In this document: piece by piece, positions 27,471 through 37,537 of the stretch
Layout of the letters: each line of letters starts with the position of its first letter
How positions within the stretch are numbered: the stretch's first letter is position 1
Assembly: GCA_951406725.2 (NCBI GenBank)
Contig: OX597830.1
Span: 45,446,001 to 45,510,000 of the forward strand
Length of the DNA: 64,000 bases
DNA from: Octopus vulgaris
Taxonomy: Eukaryota
Direction: 5' to 3'
Program-made: the position numbers and the translations under genes
Notes under the pieces: model-generated
Seen by the model: the letters and a program-made list of their open reading frames with translations, nothing else
The model's database searches: none
What the model was told of the DNA's origin: nothing

Positions 27471-30123
27471 GAGGAGGAGGAGGAGGAGGAGGAGGAAAAT
27501 TAAGAACAATGAACTGGCTCTTTACATTCTGAGATTAAATTTCTCTGAGGTCAACTTTGTTTTCTTTCATCCTTCTGGTGCCACTAAAATACTAAAGTAC
27601 CAGTGAAATACTGGGGATTATGTAAACAACAGACTCCTCTCCTTTCAAAATTGCTGATCTTGGAGGAGGAGGATTAAGAACAATGAACTGGCTCTTTACA
27701 TTCTGAGATTAAATTTCTCTGAGGTCAACTTTGTTTTCTTTCATCCTTCTGGTGCCACTAAAATACTAAAGTACCAGTGAAATACTGGGGATTATGTAAG
27801 CAACAGACTCCTCTCCTTTCAAAATTGCTGATCTTTTTTGCAATACATAAGAAAGGATCTTATATTTAAGAAGATGACTACAGATTTATTAATCTCAGAA
27901 TAAATTCTGAAATGGAAATCATTGTGTGGAAATAACAAAATTTTATTTCAATTGTTTTGAATCTTCAATATTCATCCTTATGGCTCCCTTTTTATTTATT
28001 TATTTCTTAACAGGAACTTAATGGTGCTGTGTATTTCTTTCTGGGAGCTTTCTCGAAAATAATTTCCAACTGTATCACTTATCCTCTTCAAGTTGTTGAA
28101 TCCAAACTCAGAGTTAGTATATCATTTGATTACTCAGAATTATTTTTTGTAAATATATCTTCAAAGTGTAGAACTTCCATATTTTTGAAGTAAATAAGAA
28201 ATGTTTTGTGTTAAATTTGGATTGGTCTTCATTTTTTGTTGATAGCACCTCTTGATAATAATAATAATAATAATAATGAAATTATTGTATACAGTGCTGA
28301 GGTGCACTACAACTTGTCAAAAGTGCATATAGAGAATATGCAGTGATGTACAAATGTCTGGGAAGTGAACAGTGTATGAATCAGATACATGCTTGCGTGT
28401 GTATGGAAGGGAGAAAATCAGGTGTAGTGTTGGCGAATCTCAGGAAGCATGGAAGTTTTGAAGGATGCAGTGCTCCGACAACTAACAACTGATGCCGGCA
28501 GTTTGTTTCATACTTCAGCAACTCTTAGCGGGAAAAAATGCTTCTGAAAGTCATGGGAGCTGTGCTGCTTTCTGACTTTGTAAACATGTCCACGGGTGTT
28601 AGACAGGTGGAGTTAGAAAAGGTGCTCAGAGTTATTGTTTGTAAGATGGTTAATAATTTTATGGGTGTCTGCCAAGTCAGTTGCCAGACGTTGGAGTTTC
28701 AATGTATCCATGCCCAGGGAAGAAAGGCATTCAGAATATGGCCCAGGGAAGTAATACATTTAGAATATAGCTGGAGAGCAGCTCACAGAGGACTTGGTAA
28801 GTGATGCCAAGACACCCTCAGCCTTCTTGGCAATTTTAGCCGTTTCCTATGAATGGAATTCTTAACACTATAGTTTTTTTTTGTCCCCCCCACTCTGTTG
28901 CTGGGTATCTATGATGGATGACATCCCTTAGTGCCCTAAGCATTTGCTTATTTTGCTGAATGGGTTAATCCAATTCTAACTGTGGTTTTTTTGAGAATAT
29001 CTTCTTTTCTTTCTCTGGTTCTGGAATTCCGCCTGTACCCCACACTTTTAAGGTAACAAGCATTACTCTCTTTCTGGCTAAATGATAAAATTTATGTTGT
29101 AAATATCCAAAGTATTTTCTATATCTATAGATGAAGTGGATCTTTTCCTTTTGAACGGCACTTTGTAACATAATTTCTAGGTAACTAAAAAGTTTTAAAC
29201 TTCGTATATATTTCGTCTGAAATTTCAAGCATTTCGGCAATTCAAAACGAAAAGATCTGATGAAGTTAATTAATCTGAGAAAATTATATCTTTCTGGCTT
29301 TATTTACTGCTTTTGAAATATTTCGTTATTAAATTCAAGTTTGTCTTCTCCATTCTATATTTGGGACTTGATTGATTTTACCAATGTTGGATCTTATATT
29401 GCAATTGTCTGAAATGAAACTCATTATCGTTGTAGTGTGGTCTTGAAAGAAAAGAAAACCAAACAACATGGAAAGTGTTACTTCATATGATCAGGTAAGG
29501 AGAATATCTGCCCAAGGACGAAGAAAAGTCTTAGGGCTGGCTCTGTCTTATCAAATGTTCATTATGACGGTACTACTTGAGAACAGTGGTCCCGGTGCGT
29601 GCACTCACGCATCAGCGCTAGCTAATCGTGACTAGTCGATCCTACAACAACTACCTAGCAAAGTAAATAAAACACAAAGTAAATAATTTTTTAAACAAAG
29701 TAAATAACACAGAAACACAAAGTTAGGATCGACTAGTCATGACTAGCTTGCGCAAGTGCGTGCACCGGGACCACTGTTCTCAAGTAATACCCATTATGAA
29801 TTCCCTTGAAAGTTTTCTGCAAATCATTTGCAGTCTTGTAAATACTTTTCTGGTCTCGCAGACAACAATCCCAGATTTCCAAATCCCTATTTGGATGTTG
29901 TGTCAAATAATAGAAAGATCTGACATCAAACACTCATGCATCAAAATCAACAGGAGTGACCATCATTTTATAAATGTGAATGTAAGAGATGTACATATGT
30001 GTATATATACAAATAAATATATCCATGTAATTTTTCAAATTTTCTATTCTCATTTTGCTTTCTTTTATTTCTGTCTTTAAGAATAATTACTAAGAAGTCT
30101 GTATGTGTGTATGTTTAGGTGGA

Positions 30124-30159
<36 letters not shown>

Positions 30160-31777
30160 ACAAAGTACACTATGTTGTAGGTGGTTGTAGGGACAACGTG
30201 TGTGCAGGACAGATAAGGATACCTACTGATTCATCTGTTTTTTATCATTTCAAAAGACATAAAAACTAGGTAGTAATAAATTGACTTTAACCAGAGATTC
30301 ATTCTAGTTCTGAGATGGGGCATTTGTTTTATTATGGGTACAGGAAGATAATTTGAATCCTTAAAAGAGACAAAGAAACACTTGATATGAACTGGAAGGG
30401 TCAGCCTTAACCTTCTTATCATTTGAAACATTTTATTTTATTCTTCATTTTATTATTTAGTCTGTTTCATACTTTCTTCCTTGTAAAATTTGATCATTAA
30501 GATGGAATGTTCATTTATAGCCGACCTGGCTCTTTTCACTTCTCTATTTTTTATCAATGTATTTTGTATTTTGATTATAATTGTATCTTGTCTCTCACTA
30601 TATCTATGATGAAGACACATGGCATAATGTTTAAGGTATTCAGCTCACGACCGTAAGGTCATGAGTTCAATTCCTGGCAATGCGCTGTGTCCTTGAGCAA
30701 GACACTTTTTTCACATTGCTCCAGTCTACTCAGCTATCAAAAATGAGCCATACCTGTATTTCAAAGGGCCTGCCTTGTCACATTCTGTGTCACACTGAAT
30801 CTCCCTCAGAACTACATTAACCCTTTAGTGTTCGCATTATTCTGCCAAAATTAATCGTCTTTTATCCACATTGTTTTGAACTAATCATGCATTATCTTGT
30901 AGCTATGAGATTTTAATGAGGTAGCTGTTAATTTTAAAATGATATTGTGGGGTTGGTGTGAGAGACCAGATCTAGCCAGTTTGAACATAAAACAGGCAGA
31001 ATACTTTTGGCCGGATATGGCCGGTTTAAATGCTAAAGGGTTAAGGGTATGTGTGTCTGTGGAGTGCTCAGCCATTTGCATGTTAATTTCTGTCATGTAT
31101 TGAGCTCCTAAACCAATATATAACAAATACTGTGAATTTGTTTAAATAATTATAAACTGCCAGCCACATGGCATGCACGAGTTTTATGTGAACTTGTCTA
31201 TTTTTTTCTATACATTGCAATTAAAATAAATGGGAACACATAGTTGAATCCTTCGCTACAGGGTTATGGTTGATGTTGTTAGCCTTTCTCAGATGTTCTG
31301 CTGTTGGTTGTGCTTCTGTTACTACACATAGAAATTTGCAGTTCACAGCTGTTTAATCCTTGTTCCTATGCTAAGCAAATTATAAAACTTGATAATTTCA
31401 TGAACAGGCTGTTCCATTGATCAAATCAAGTGGAACTCTTATCGTCGTAACCAACAGAGTGCCTCTAGTGGTAGTAGTAGTAGCATGTCTATGAGTCTAT
31501 TTTTTTCTATAAACTGCTGGGAGCAACACATCATTCTGGACATACATTATCGCACTGAATGAAACAGCAAGAGGATCTAATGAAGACCGTATTTAAACAA
31601 TCACTTAAGGAGGTACATTTTGTGTCTTGGGTGTAAGATAATGATTACACAACATCTCACCTCTGTACTACAGGTGTAAGGGTGTGGTGAAACAATTGTC
31701 AGGATTTTAAATAACGTATGACCTTAATTTAATTTCTCCCCCCCCTCTCTCTCTCCATACATATATATATGTATATA

Positions 31778-31834
<57 letters not shown>

Positions 31835-32139
31835 ATATATATCACATGACCGACCATGCTATCAGATGTTGCTACACATCGCTGGTCACAATGTGCTTCA
31901 CATTGTTTTAGCCTTTAAATGACGCCACCCCGCTGGGTAAATGAGCTGGCCAATAAAAGAAAGAGTAAGAGAAAGTTGTGGTGAAAAAGTACAGCAGGGA
32001 TCGCCACCACCCGTTGCCAGAACCTCGTGGAGCTTTAGGTGTTTTTGCTTAATAAACACTCACGACGCCTGGTCTGGGAATCGAAACTGCGATCCTACAA
32101 CCGCAAGTCCACTGCCCTAACCACTGGGCCACTGCGCCT

Positions 32140-32181
<42 letters not shown>

Positions 32182-32387
32182 GTGACCTCGTGAGTACCAC
32201 CGGCGATTTTTTTTCCTCTGTCTTCCCTTCTCGGGATCTTTCCTTCTTCTATGTTTCCGACGAAGAGCTTCCCTTCTTTCCTGAGCATCCAATAATACTT
32301 TATTTGTTCCACGTCCTTGCGTTGTTGTGTTTTTTTGTTTTCTTGTTTGGATTAACTTTATATATATATATATATATATATACGTAC

Positions 32388-32418
<31 letters not shown>

Positions 32419-33267
32419 CAGGGTGTGATGGGTGAATTATTGCCATTCTATATTTTAATTTCATACTAGTAAATTGTTTTTGATTTTGTTAACTACACAA
32501 TATAGTAAGATCAGTTAGGCACCATCTGTGAGAAAAACAGTACCATGACACAATTCACTCTGCCAGAAATTTGGAAACGACATATTGTACTGCTTGGCAT
32601 TTGTACTGGAAGCTCCAATAGGAACATTTCAAAGTGTTTGGATGTCAATCTGAGGACATGTACTGAGAGTGATAAAAATCAAACATCCAGTCAACATCAT
32701 GATATTTGGAGTGATCACAAGTGTTGGTGATGTTATACCTCCATTTATCTTCCCACATGGACTCAGACTCAACACAAAGGCCTACATCAAGTGCTTAGAG
32801 GAGGTAGTGCTGCCCTGAGTCAAGAGGGTAGCTGCTGGAAGACGCTATGTCTGGCAACAGGACTCTGCACCATGCCACACAAGCAGGAGAACCTAAACAA
32901 TTTCTGCGACTACATCACTCCTAAAATCTGGCCACCTAACCCCCCAGATACAACCCCACTTGATTATTATGAGTGGGGCACAGTCAAGTGAGAGACCAAC
33001 AAAACACTTTGTAACACCAAAGATGAACTGAAGGCAAGGAACATGGCAGCATTCACCAGCTTAAACAAGGAGACGCTCTAGAAGAGTTGAAGGAGATTCT
33101 GAAGTCGTCTTGAGGCCATGGTTGAAGCCAATAGTGATTTTATTGAATAAATTTGCTCTTTAGTATTTCAAGATATCTTTATGCAATTTAGGTAAATATA
33201 TCTATTAAAATGAGATGTCAGTGTTATTTTAATTTTTGCATAATTTAGACAGTTTATTCATTGCACC

Positions 33268-33334
<67 letters not shown>

Positions 33335-33655
33335 TTCGGAATGGTCATATTGCCAGTTTAGCCAATAAAAACACACGCACTATATATTTGGTGTTATTTT
33401 GCTTCAGTGTTATTTATTTATTATATTAATCTTAATCTTATTTCGGCCAGAGTTCTTTCGTGTGACGAAAGAACTCTGGCCGAAATAAGATTAAGATTAA
33501 TATAATAAATAAATAACACTGAAGCAAAATAACACCAAATATATAGTGCGTGTGTTTTTATTGGCTAAACTGGCAATATGACTATTCCGAAATATAACAA
33601 TATCTGTTTCAACACACAACTTCACATAAAAAATCTTGCACAACAAATATTTAAA

Positions 33656-33693
<38 letters not shown>

Positions 33694-34247
33694 GAAAGAG
33701 AGAGAGAGAGAGAGACTATATATTGTTGTTGGTGGTCTCTTGAGTCCAAGGAAGGCAATTTTGCAATTTCTTGCTGAACAACCTGCACAAATGATTTGTT
33801 TATAAATGTTTGTGCTGTACATTAACTCCTGCTTTCCATCAAATCAACATTACCTGTACAGGTGTGCCACAAATCAGATGTCAAAGTGATCACAGAGCAA
33901 TATGAAATGAAGTGGTTTGCTCAAGAACACATCACACTGCCTATTCTGGGTATCAGAACCACAATCTTACAATCATAAATGCAACACCCTAACCACTCGA
34001 CCACACACCCTATTCGATATACTATACTGCATTGCATATTGTTATGGTAATCAGTATGATTTATCCCCCCAAAATGTTGTTTCTTTACAGATTTGGAGGA
34101 TTCTCGTCACTGTACAGTGGATTTGAAGCCAGACTACTTCAGAGCTTTCTTAGTGGTGCCATTACCTTTCTACTGTATGAGAAAATATCAGTGTTTGTAT
34201 TTAAATTAATGGGTATCAAATACCAGCTTGCTGAACATCTGCAATAA
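8548..34247 (+). CDS. SLC25A17: Peroxisomal membrane protein PMP34 / SLC25A17 (mitochondrial carrier family), 9 coding exons, 312 aa
   Basis: Spliced by hand: 8548-8610, 12902-12962, 17756-17822, 20505-20659, 23555-23683, 26653-26801, 28014-28112, 29436-29494, 34091-34247 = 939 nt, open frame, all GT-AG. The protein aligns along its length with human PMP34 as I recall it (LSYRTLVYAIAGA, YPLETAR, VVNVLITTPFW, NPAIQ, TYPLQVV, LYSGFEARLLQ, LLYEKI). Confidence 0.95.
10193..10425 (+). mobile_element. tRNA-like SINE family B, full length
   Basis: 18-bp TSD ATAATAATAGTGTATTGG (10175-10192, 10426-10443); B-box gagttcaaattcc; multi-copy in window. Confidence 0.9.
10544..10848 (+). mobile_element. Non-autonomous Helitron-like element
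   Basis: 5' TC, 3' CTAG, subterminal GC hairpin (cctgagcaacgccggg), inserted between A and T with no TSD. Confidence 0.75.
10859..11065 (-). mobile_element. SINE family B
   Basis: Reverse complement of 10193-10425. Confidence 0.85.
11310..11689 (-). mobile_element. tRNA-derived SINE family A
   Basis: Minus-strand head ggcgcaggagtggctgtgt...ccgggttcagtccc, internal microsatellite, (gtaaaaga)n tail; copies at 18445, 19540, 55500, 56598, 58580. Confidence 0.9.
12902..12962 (+). CDS. SLC25A17: SLC25A17 coding exon 2 (GGVISLAICYPLETARTQIQ)
   Basis: Acceptor tttcaacag; donor GTAAGA; contains first carrier signature PxExxR. Confidence 0.95.
13825..14053. mobile_element. Foldback (hairpin plus tail) insertion
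   Basis: About 80-bp arms at 13887-14052 with a 4-nt loop; 12-bp TSD ATTCAATATAAA (13813-13824, 14054-14065). Confidence 0.8.
14956..16960 (-). mobile_element. Degenerate RTE LINE (RT and 3' UTR)
   Basis: RGIKLL, FVPGRRTTDAIF, VDLEKTFNRVP, GVHQ, RLHWFGHVMQM; stops and frameshifts; (GAT)n tail near 14956. Confidence 0.88.
17026..17250 (-). mobile_element. SINE family B
   Basis: 14-bp TSD GATTGCAGATAACC (17012-17025, 17251-17264). Confidence 0.9.
17756..17822 (+). CDS. SLC25A17: SLC25A17 coding exon 3 (VDNDGQKKKTFPLLKKIVREEG)
   Basis: Acceptor ccttaccag; donor GTAAGT; IVREEG carrier motif. Confidence 0.95.
18445..18873 (-). mobile_element. SINE family A, full length
   Basis: Near-identical to 11310-11689 and 56598-57011. 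Confidence 0.9.
18992..19252 (+). mobile_element. RTE LINE 3' UTR fragment
   Basis: Ends cccatgctagcgtggaaag...(GAT)n; homologous to 57820-58070. Confidence 0.8.
19540..19875 (+). mobile_element. Diverged SINE family A
   Basis: gccttgtgagtggatttggtag...agcatggctgtagtcaaatgactg. Confidence 0.75.
20505..20659 (+). CDS. SLC25A17: SLC25A17 coding exon 4 (FAVYRGF...YFYVFNTLK...LFGYLA)
   Basis: Acceptor ttttctcag; donor GTAAGT; YRG motif. Confidence 0.93.
20845..23174 (+). mobile_element. Ty3/Gypsy LTR retrotransposon, internally deleted
   Basis: TG..CA LTRs at 20845-21254 and 22960-23174; gag (SLFNTRWQYLNL, Cys/His knuckle CYGCGDLH), decayed protease (VKLQLGIGSNISII), RT start (YSKWAVPTVFVKK..VCADF); polypurine tract near 22918. 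Confidence 0.88.
20907..21105 (+). mobile_element. SINE family B inserted in the 5' LTR
   Basis: Flanked by duplicated GTTATTAAATAAA; absent from the 3' LTR. Confidence 0.88.
23555..23683 (+). CDS. SLC25A17: SLC25A17 coding exon 5 (VVNVLITTPFWSASTRLRMQG...YTGIL)
   Basis: Strong pyrimidine tract plus cag; donor GTAATT; PMP34-type TTPxW motif. Confidence 0.95.
24426..26580 (-). mobile_element. 5'-truncated RTE LINE, relatively young (RT domain plus 3' UTR)
   Basis: NYRAIKLL, FVDMEKAFDSVP, GVHQGSVLSPLLF, LYADD, RRLRWYGHV; one frameshift near 26010 and one stop near 25217; (GAT)n tail. Confidence 0.93.
26653..26801 (+). CDS. SLC25A17: SLC25A17 coding exon 6 (DVIHDVIKRDGFLNLWNG...NPAIQ...YETPKR)
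   Basis: Acceptor tttttgcag; donor GTTTGC; LWNG and NPAIQ motifs. Confidence 0.93.
27500..27835. repeat. Tandem duplication, period about 174 bp, of a decayed SINE B fragment
   Basis: ttaagaacaatgaactggc...aattgctgatctt occurs at 27500-27661 and 27674-27835, nearly identical. Confidence 0.9.
28014..28112 (+). CDS. SLC25A17: SLC25A17 coding exon 7 (ELNGAVYFFLGAFSKIISNCITYPLQVVESKLR)
   Basis: Acceptor ttaacag; donor GTTAGT; TYPLQ third signature. Confidence 0.94.
28255..28845 (-). mobile_element. CR1-group LINE 3' fragment
   Basis: Minus-strand FFPLRVAEV*NKLPASVV..FK C-terminal motif and (ATT)n tail; the same 3' end recurs near 44578-44625. Confidence 0.7.
29436..29494 (+). CDS. SLC25A17: SLC25A17 coding exon 8 (CGLERKENQTTWKVLLHMIR)
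   Basis: Acceptor ttgtag; donor GTAAGG; its phase 0 start and phase 2 end exactly bridge exons 7 and 9. Confidence 0.85.
29569..29791. mobile_element. MITE with GG..CC termini (Merlin- or Mutator-like)
   Basis: About 70-bp imperfect TIRs (GGTACTACTTGAGAACAGTGGTCCCGGTGC); TSD CATTATGAC/CATTATGAA. Confidence 0.8.
30615..31090 (+). mobile_element. SINE family C interrupted by a piggyBac-type MITE
   Basis: Collinear with 59035-59345 once 30821-31044 is removed. Confidence 0.8.
30821..31040. mobile_element. piggyBac-type MITE
   Basis: TTAA|CCCTTTAG ... CTAAAGGG|TTAA. Confidence 0.88.
31842..32141 (-). mobile_element. tRNA-derived SINE family D
   Basis: Minus-strand head ggaggcgcagtggcccagtggttagggcag...gtttcgattccc; 3' part repeated at 13049-13157. 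Confidence 0.8.
32419..33270 (+). mobile_element. Decayed Tc1/mariner element
   Basis: TA|CAGGGTG...CACCCTG|TA; WPPNPPDTTPLDYY (WPxxSPDLNPxD-type) remnant. Confidence 0.85.
33329..33659. repeat. Long hairpin (133-bp arms, 3-nt loop) plus tail inside (TA)n
   Basis: Arms 33329-33461 and 33465-33597, one mismatch seen; related copy at 43787-44073. Confidence 0.92.
34091..34247 (+). CDS. SLC25A17: SLC25A17 terminal coding exon (FGGFSSLYSGFEARLLQ...AEHLQ*)
   Basis: Acceptor tttctttacag; TAA at 34245-34247. Confidence 0.95.
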
Positions 34248-34969
34248 TGAATGTCAAAGTTGTTTTTGCCTCAGATCAGCTCTGTTTCAAGCAGACCTGT
34301 TACCAAAAGTAGTCCAATTGTGACTACATTCGTTTGGGGAATATGTTACACTACATTACCTAATATTCTTTCCTTATTTAATAAGGTTAGATATGATGAT
34401 TTGAAGGAGAATTGGTTGTTATTTCTAGCAGAGCTAGTGACCACCTAATGGCTTGCTTGTTTGTTCAACTCACAAATTTTTCTTAACATTCCTTTCCATT
34501 ATTATTTTTGGTAAGTTCAATCTATTGCAATACTTCTTAATCCATAATTTCAGTTCTAACAAGTTTAATATTACGCTTCCATATTTGGTTTTATTGAATG
34601 TCTTCCAATAGTTCACTTCAGTTTTCCTCTTGCTCTCATTTAATCTTCCACTTTTATTCCCTCATTTCCACCAGAGATATTCTTACATTCCATTCCTCAT
34701 CTATTCAATTTGTTTTCACATTCACCTCAGTTATATTGAGTCTTGTCCTCCACTTTCATTAAGACCGATGTACTGTCCCCGTTCTCTCCTCTCATTACTT
34801 TAGTTCACATACTTCCTCCTCTCTTAATCTAACCCTCCATTCAGTCTCATCTAACTCTCCACTCATAATGAGTGTCTTATATAACTCTCCACTCCACTCA
34901 TGTTGAGTGTCTTCTAATTCATTCTTACTGAATTTAATCTAACCCCTGTTAACTGAATCTCATTTGACT

Positions 34970-35072
34970 TGTAAGAATTAGCACTTCCTTCTCTAAGCCT
35001 AGATTCGAAGACCGATGATTCTAGGATTCGATTTCGAATCTAGGCTCAGAGAAGGAAGTGCTAATTCTTACA
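34970..35072. mobile_element. 103-bp MITE, Ginger-like (TGT..ACA, 4-bp TSD GACT), in the putative 3' UTR
   Basis: 40-bp TIRs with one mismatch; GACT at 34966-34969 and 35073-35076. Confidence 0.7.
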
Positions 35073-36257
35073 GACTCTCTACTGCTGCACAATGTTTTCT
35101 GACTTTCTCTTACTACAGATTCAATTCTATTCAGCTTAACCTTTCTCTCTTATTACCCTGAGTCTGTTGCATTTGTTGTAATACCCAACTTTAATTCTGT
35201 TGAGAAAAATTATCTAACCCTATAGTCCATAATTCTATAAAGCAATTACAATACAAAACCTTGATCCAAAGCAATTTTCATGTGATACACTCCACAGGAT
35301 ACATTAATTGATATGCTTTATGGCATGTGGCATAATTTTCTTCATGTAGTTTTACCAATGCTACATGAGAATGTTTTATTTCAGATATCAGTTGATATTT
35401 CTTATAATAACTACTATAGAAGCAGTCTGAGTCTATAATGGCTCTGATTACACCAAAGCTAAATCAAGCCAAATAAGATTTAAAATAATAACTCATCAAT
35501 TATTGAGCCTCTATTTTCTCTCAACCCAAAAATATATTTCAAAGCAAGACTGACTGTATTGTTACGGAGAATTAATCAACTCTTACAACGCTACTTTTAT
35601 TACTCTATTTCTTCTGAGTGTTTTAACACTTCATTTTATTGACTCCACTATTATCAAGACTGATCTAATAGATGAATTCTCTCCTGTCATTATTTTAGTT
35701 CTAACATTTCAATTCTATTACGTACTTCCTCCATTCCATTATTTCTCTGCAAGTATTGTTAATATTTAATAATTCCATTATATATATATCCTGTTCTTCC
35801 AATGCAACTGTGATTTCGAGCCATTACAGAAATTATGAAAAACAGCTTTACATTGAATGATATATCACCAATAGCAACACTGTCACTCATTAACCTTTGT
35901 TAAATGTCATCTTTACTATCCTGATTGTTTTCTCTTATTTATTTATACATTGATTAGACACAAACGTGACATTGGACTCTTTTACTGGTTCCAGTCACCA
36001 GAATCTGACTATTTTGTGGACATTGTTTACCATTCATTTATTATCAACTTTACTCAGCAACTAGCAGCTGTGCTCACCTTTGGTCAAGTTTAATATCTAA
36101 AATAAATATGAATTCACTATATTTTTGGATAAATTGCTTTAAAAAAATGCCAACAATCCTTATTTAGTTAATGAATGTTAATTTATTCAGAAGCTGATTC
36201 AAGTTCAGCTTTGTAAAGGTGTGCAAAAGAAAATTAAACAAAAAGTATAGAACCAAA

Positions 36258-36263
36258 AATAAA
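36258..36263 (+). terminator. Candidate polyadenylation signal of SLC25A17 (about 2 kb 3' UTR)
   Basis: AATAAA followed by a GT/T-rich tract (ctttgttgttttgtttttt); an alternative AATAAA lies at 36101. Confidence 0.45.
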
Positions 36264-36294
36264 CACTTTGTTGTTTTGTTTTTTTCTCTTAAAA

Positions 36295-36612
36295 CACTTC
36301 AACTCATCGTCCATGCACCTAACACTGCACATCCAGTGGAGCAGGTTTCATTTCTTATGAACCTTTGCACTTTGTTTACAGTCACAGCCCATGTTTCACT
36401 CCCATGTAGCAAAGCTGCTAACCATACACAGGCATCATACAATCTGTATTTCGCCCTGGGAGAGAGAGAACCTTTTTTACCAACAAAGGTTGTAGCTCAC
36501 TGATCTTCATCCAGCCTGTTCTTAATCTAGCATCTGTACTTTCAGAGGATCCTCCTCCACTGCTGACTTGGTAACGAAAGCTATCTACTACTTTTAAGGA
36601 ACCCCTGGACAT
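36295..36612 (-). mobile_element. RTE LINE ORF fragment
   Basis: LKVVDSFRYQVSSGGG..ARLRTGW, homologous to ORF 25217-26020. Confidence 0.8.
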
Positions 36613-36621
36613 ATGTGTGTG

Positions 36622-36652
<31 letters not shown>

Positions 36653-36971
36653 TTTATATTATATAGAGGGTACTATTACACATAGATGCCACACACTAGG
36701 AGGGACTCTTAAAGCCAAAACTACTAAAATAAATAAACACATCGTACCGAAACCAATTCTCAAGGCAAGTCATTTAATAAACGATGTGTTTATTTATTTT
36801 AGTAGTTTTGGCTTTAAGAGACCCTCGTAGCATGTGGCATCTATGTGTAATAGTGCCCTCTATATAATATAAATAAATTTAAAGAAAAAACATTGATGAC
36901 TTTTTTCTCTTATGCGGTTTTTCACGCTAACTACTTGATAAATTCTTATGAAGATTTTATCCTATTTTTAA

Positions 36972-36976
<5 letters not shown>
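36653..36976. repeat. Hairpin (about 93-bp arms, 35-nt loop) plus tail inside (TA)n
   Basis: Arms 36653-36745 and 36781-36873. Confidence 0.9.
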
Positions 36977-37015
<39 letters not shown>

Positions 37016-37537
37016 TTATGTGTATGTGTATATATGACAGACTCTCCCATCAAAGACGATGTGTTAATGTTCAGTGAGAAGACAAAAACCAATTCAACCA
37101 GCTAGACAATCAAAAACACATTCACATTATTCTCACTACTATTCACCAATGTTTACAATATCTCTGTGTGTGTGTGTGTGTGTGTGTGTGCATGCACACA
37201 AATCCACACGCTCACCAGCCTTCTGCCATATCCAGACACTTAGGTTCAACCAGCTTCCTGCCCAGTCACACCATCCAAGAAATTCCCCTTTATGAAGGAA
37301 TTGCTGACACTGAGCAATTGATATTCTTTGACAACATCATGTGACCTGCCTTGACCAATAGCAGCCTATTTTCCAGTAACCATCTTGGACTTCCTGCATC
37401 CATTCAGCAATCTAAAGCCTGAAAGAGGTGGGCTCCTGTTTAGGGTCCTGCTAAATTTTAAATCGCACGGAAGCAAATCAGACTGTTTTAAATTGTATGT
37501 GTGTGTATATGTGTATTTATTTATATATATATATGTA

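Noticed and set aside
31510-31615. Alternative candidate for SLC25A17 exon 8
   Set aside because: No good acceptor and no similarity; 29436-29494 fits phase and homology
32060-32141. tRNA-like sequences with A/B boxes (also 11620-11689, 30615-30680, 59035-59090)
   Set aside because: They are SINE heads that continue into SINE bodies and lack a proper acceptor stem and Pol III terminator
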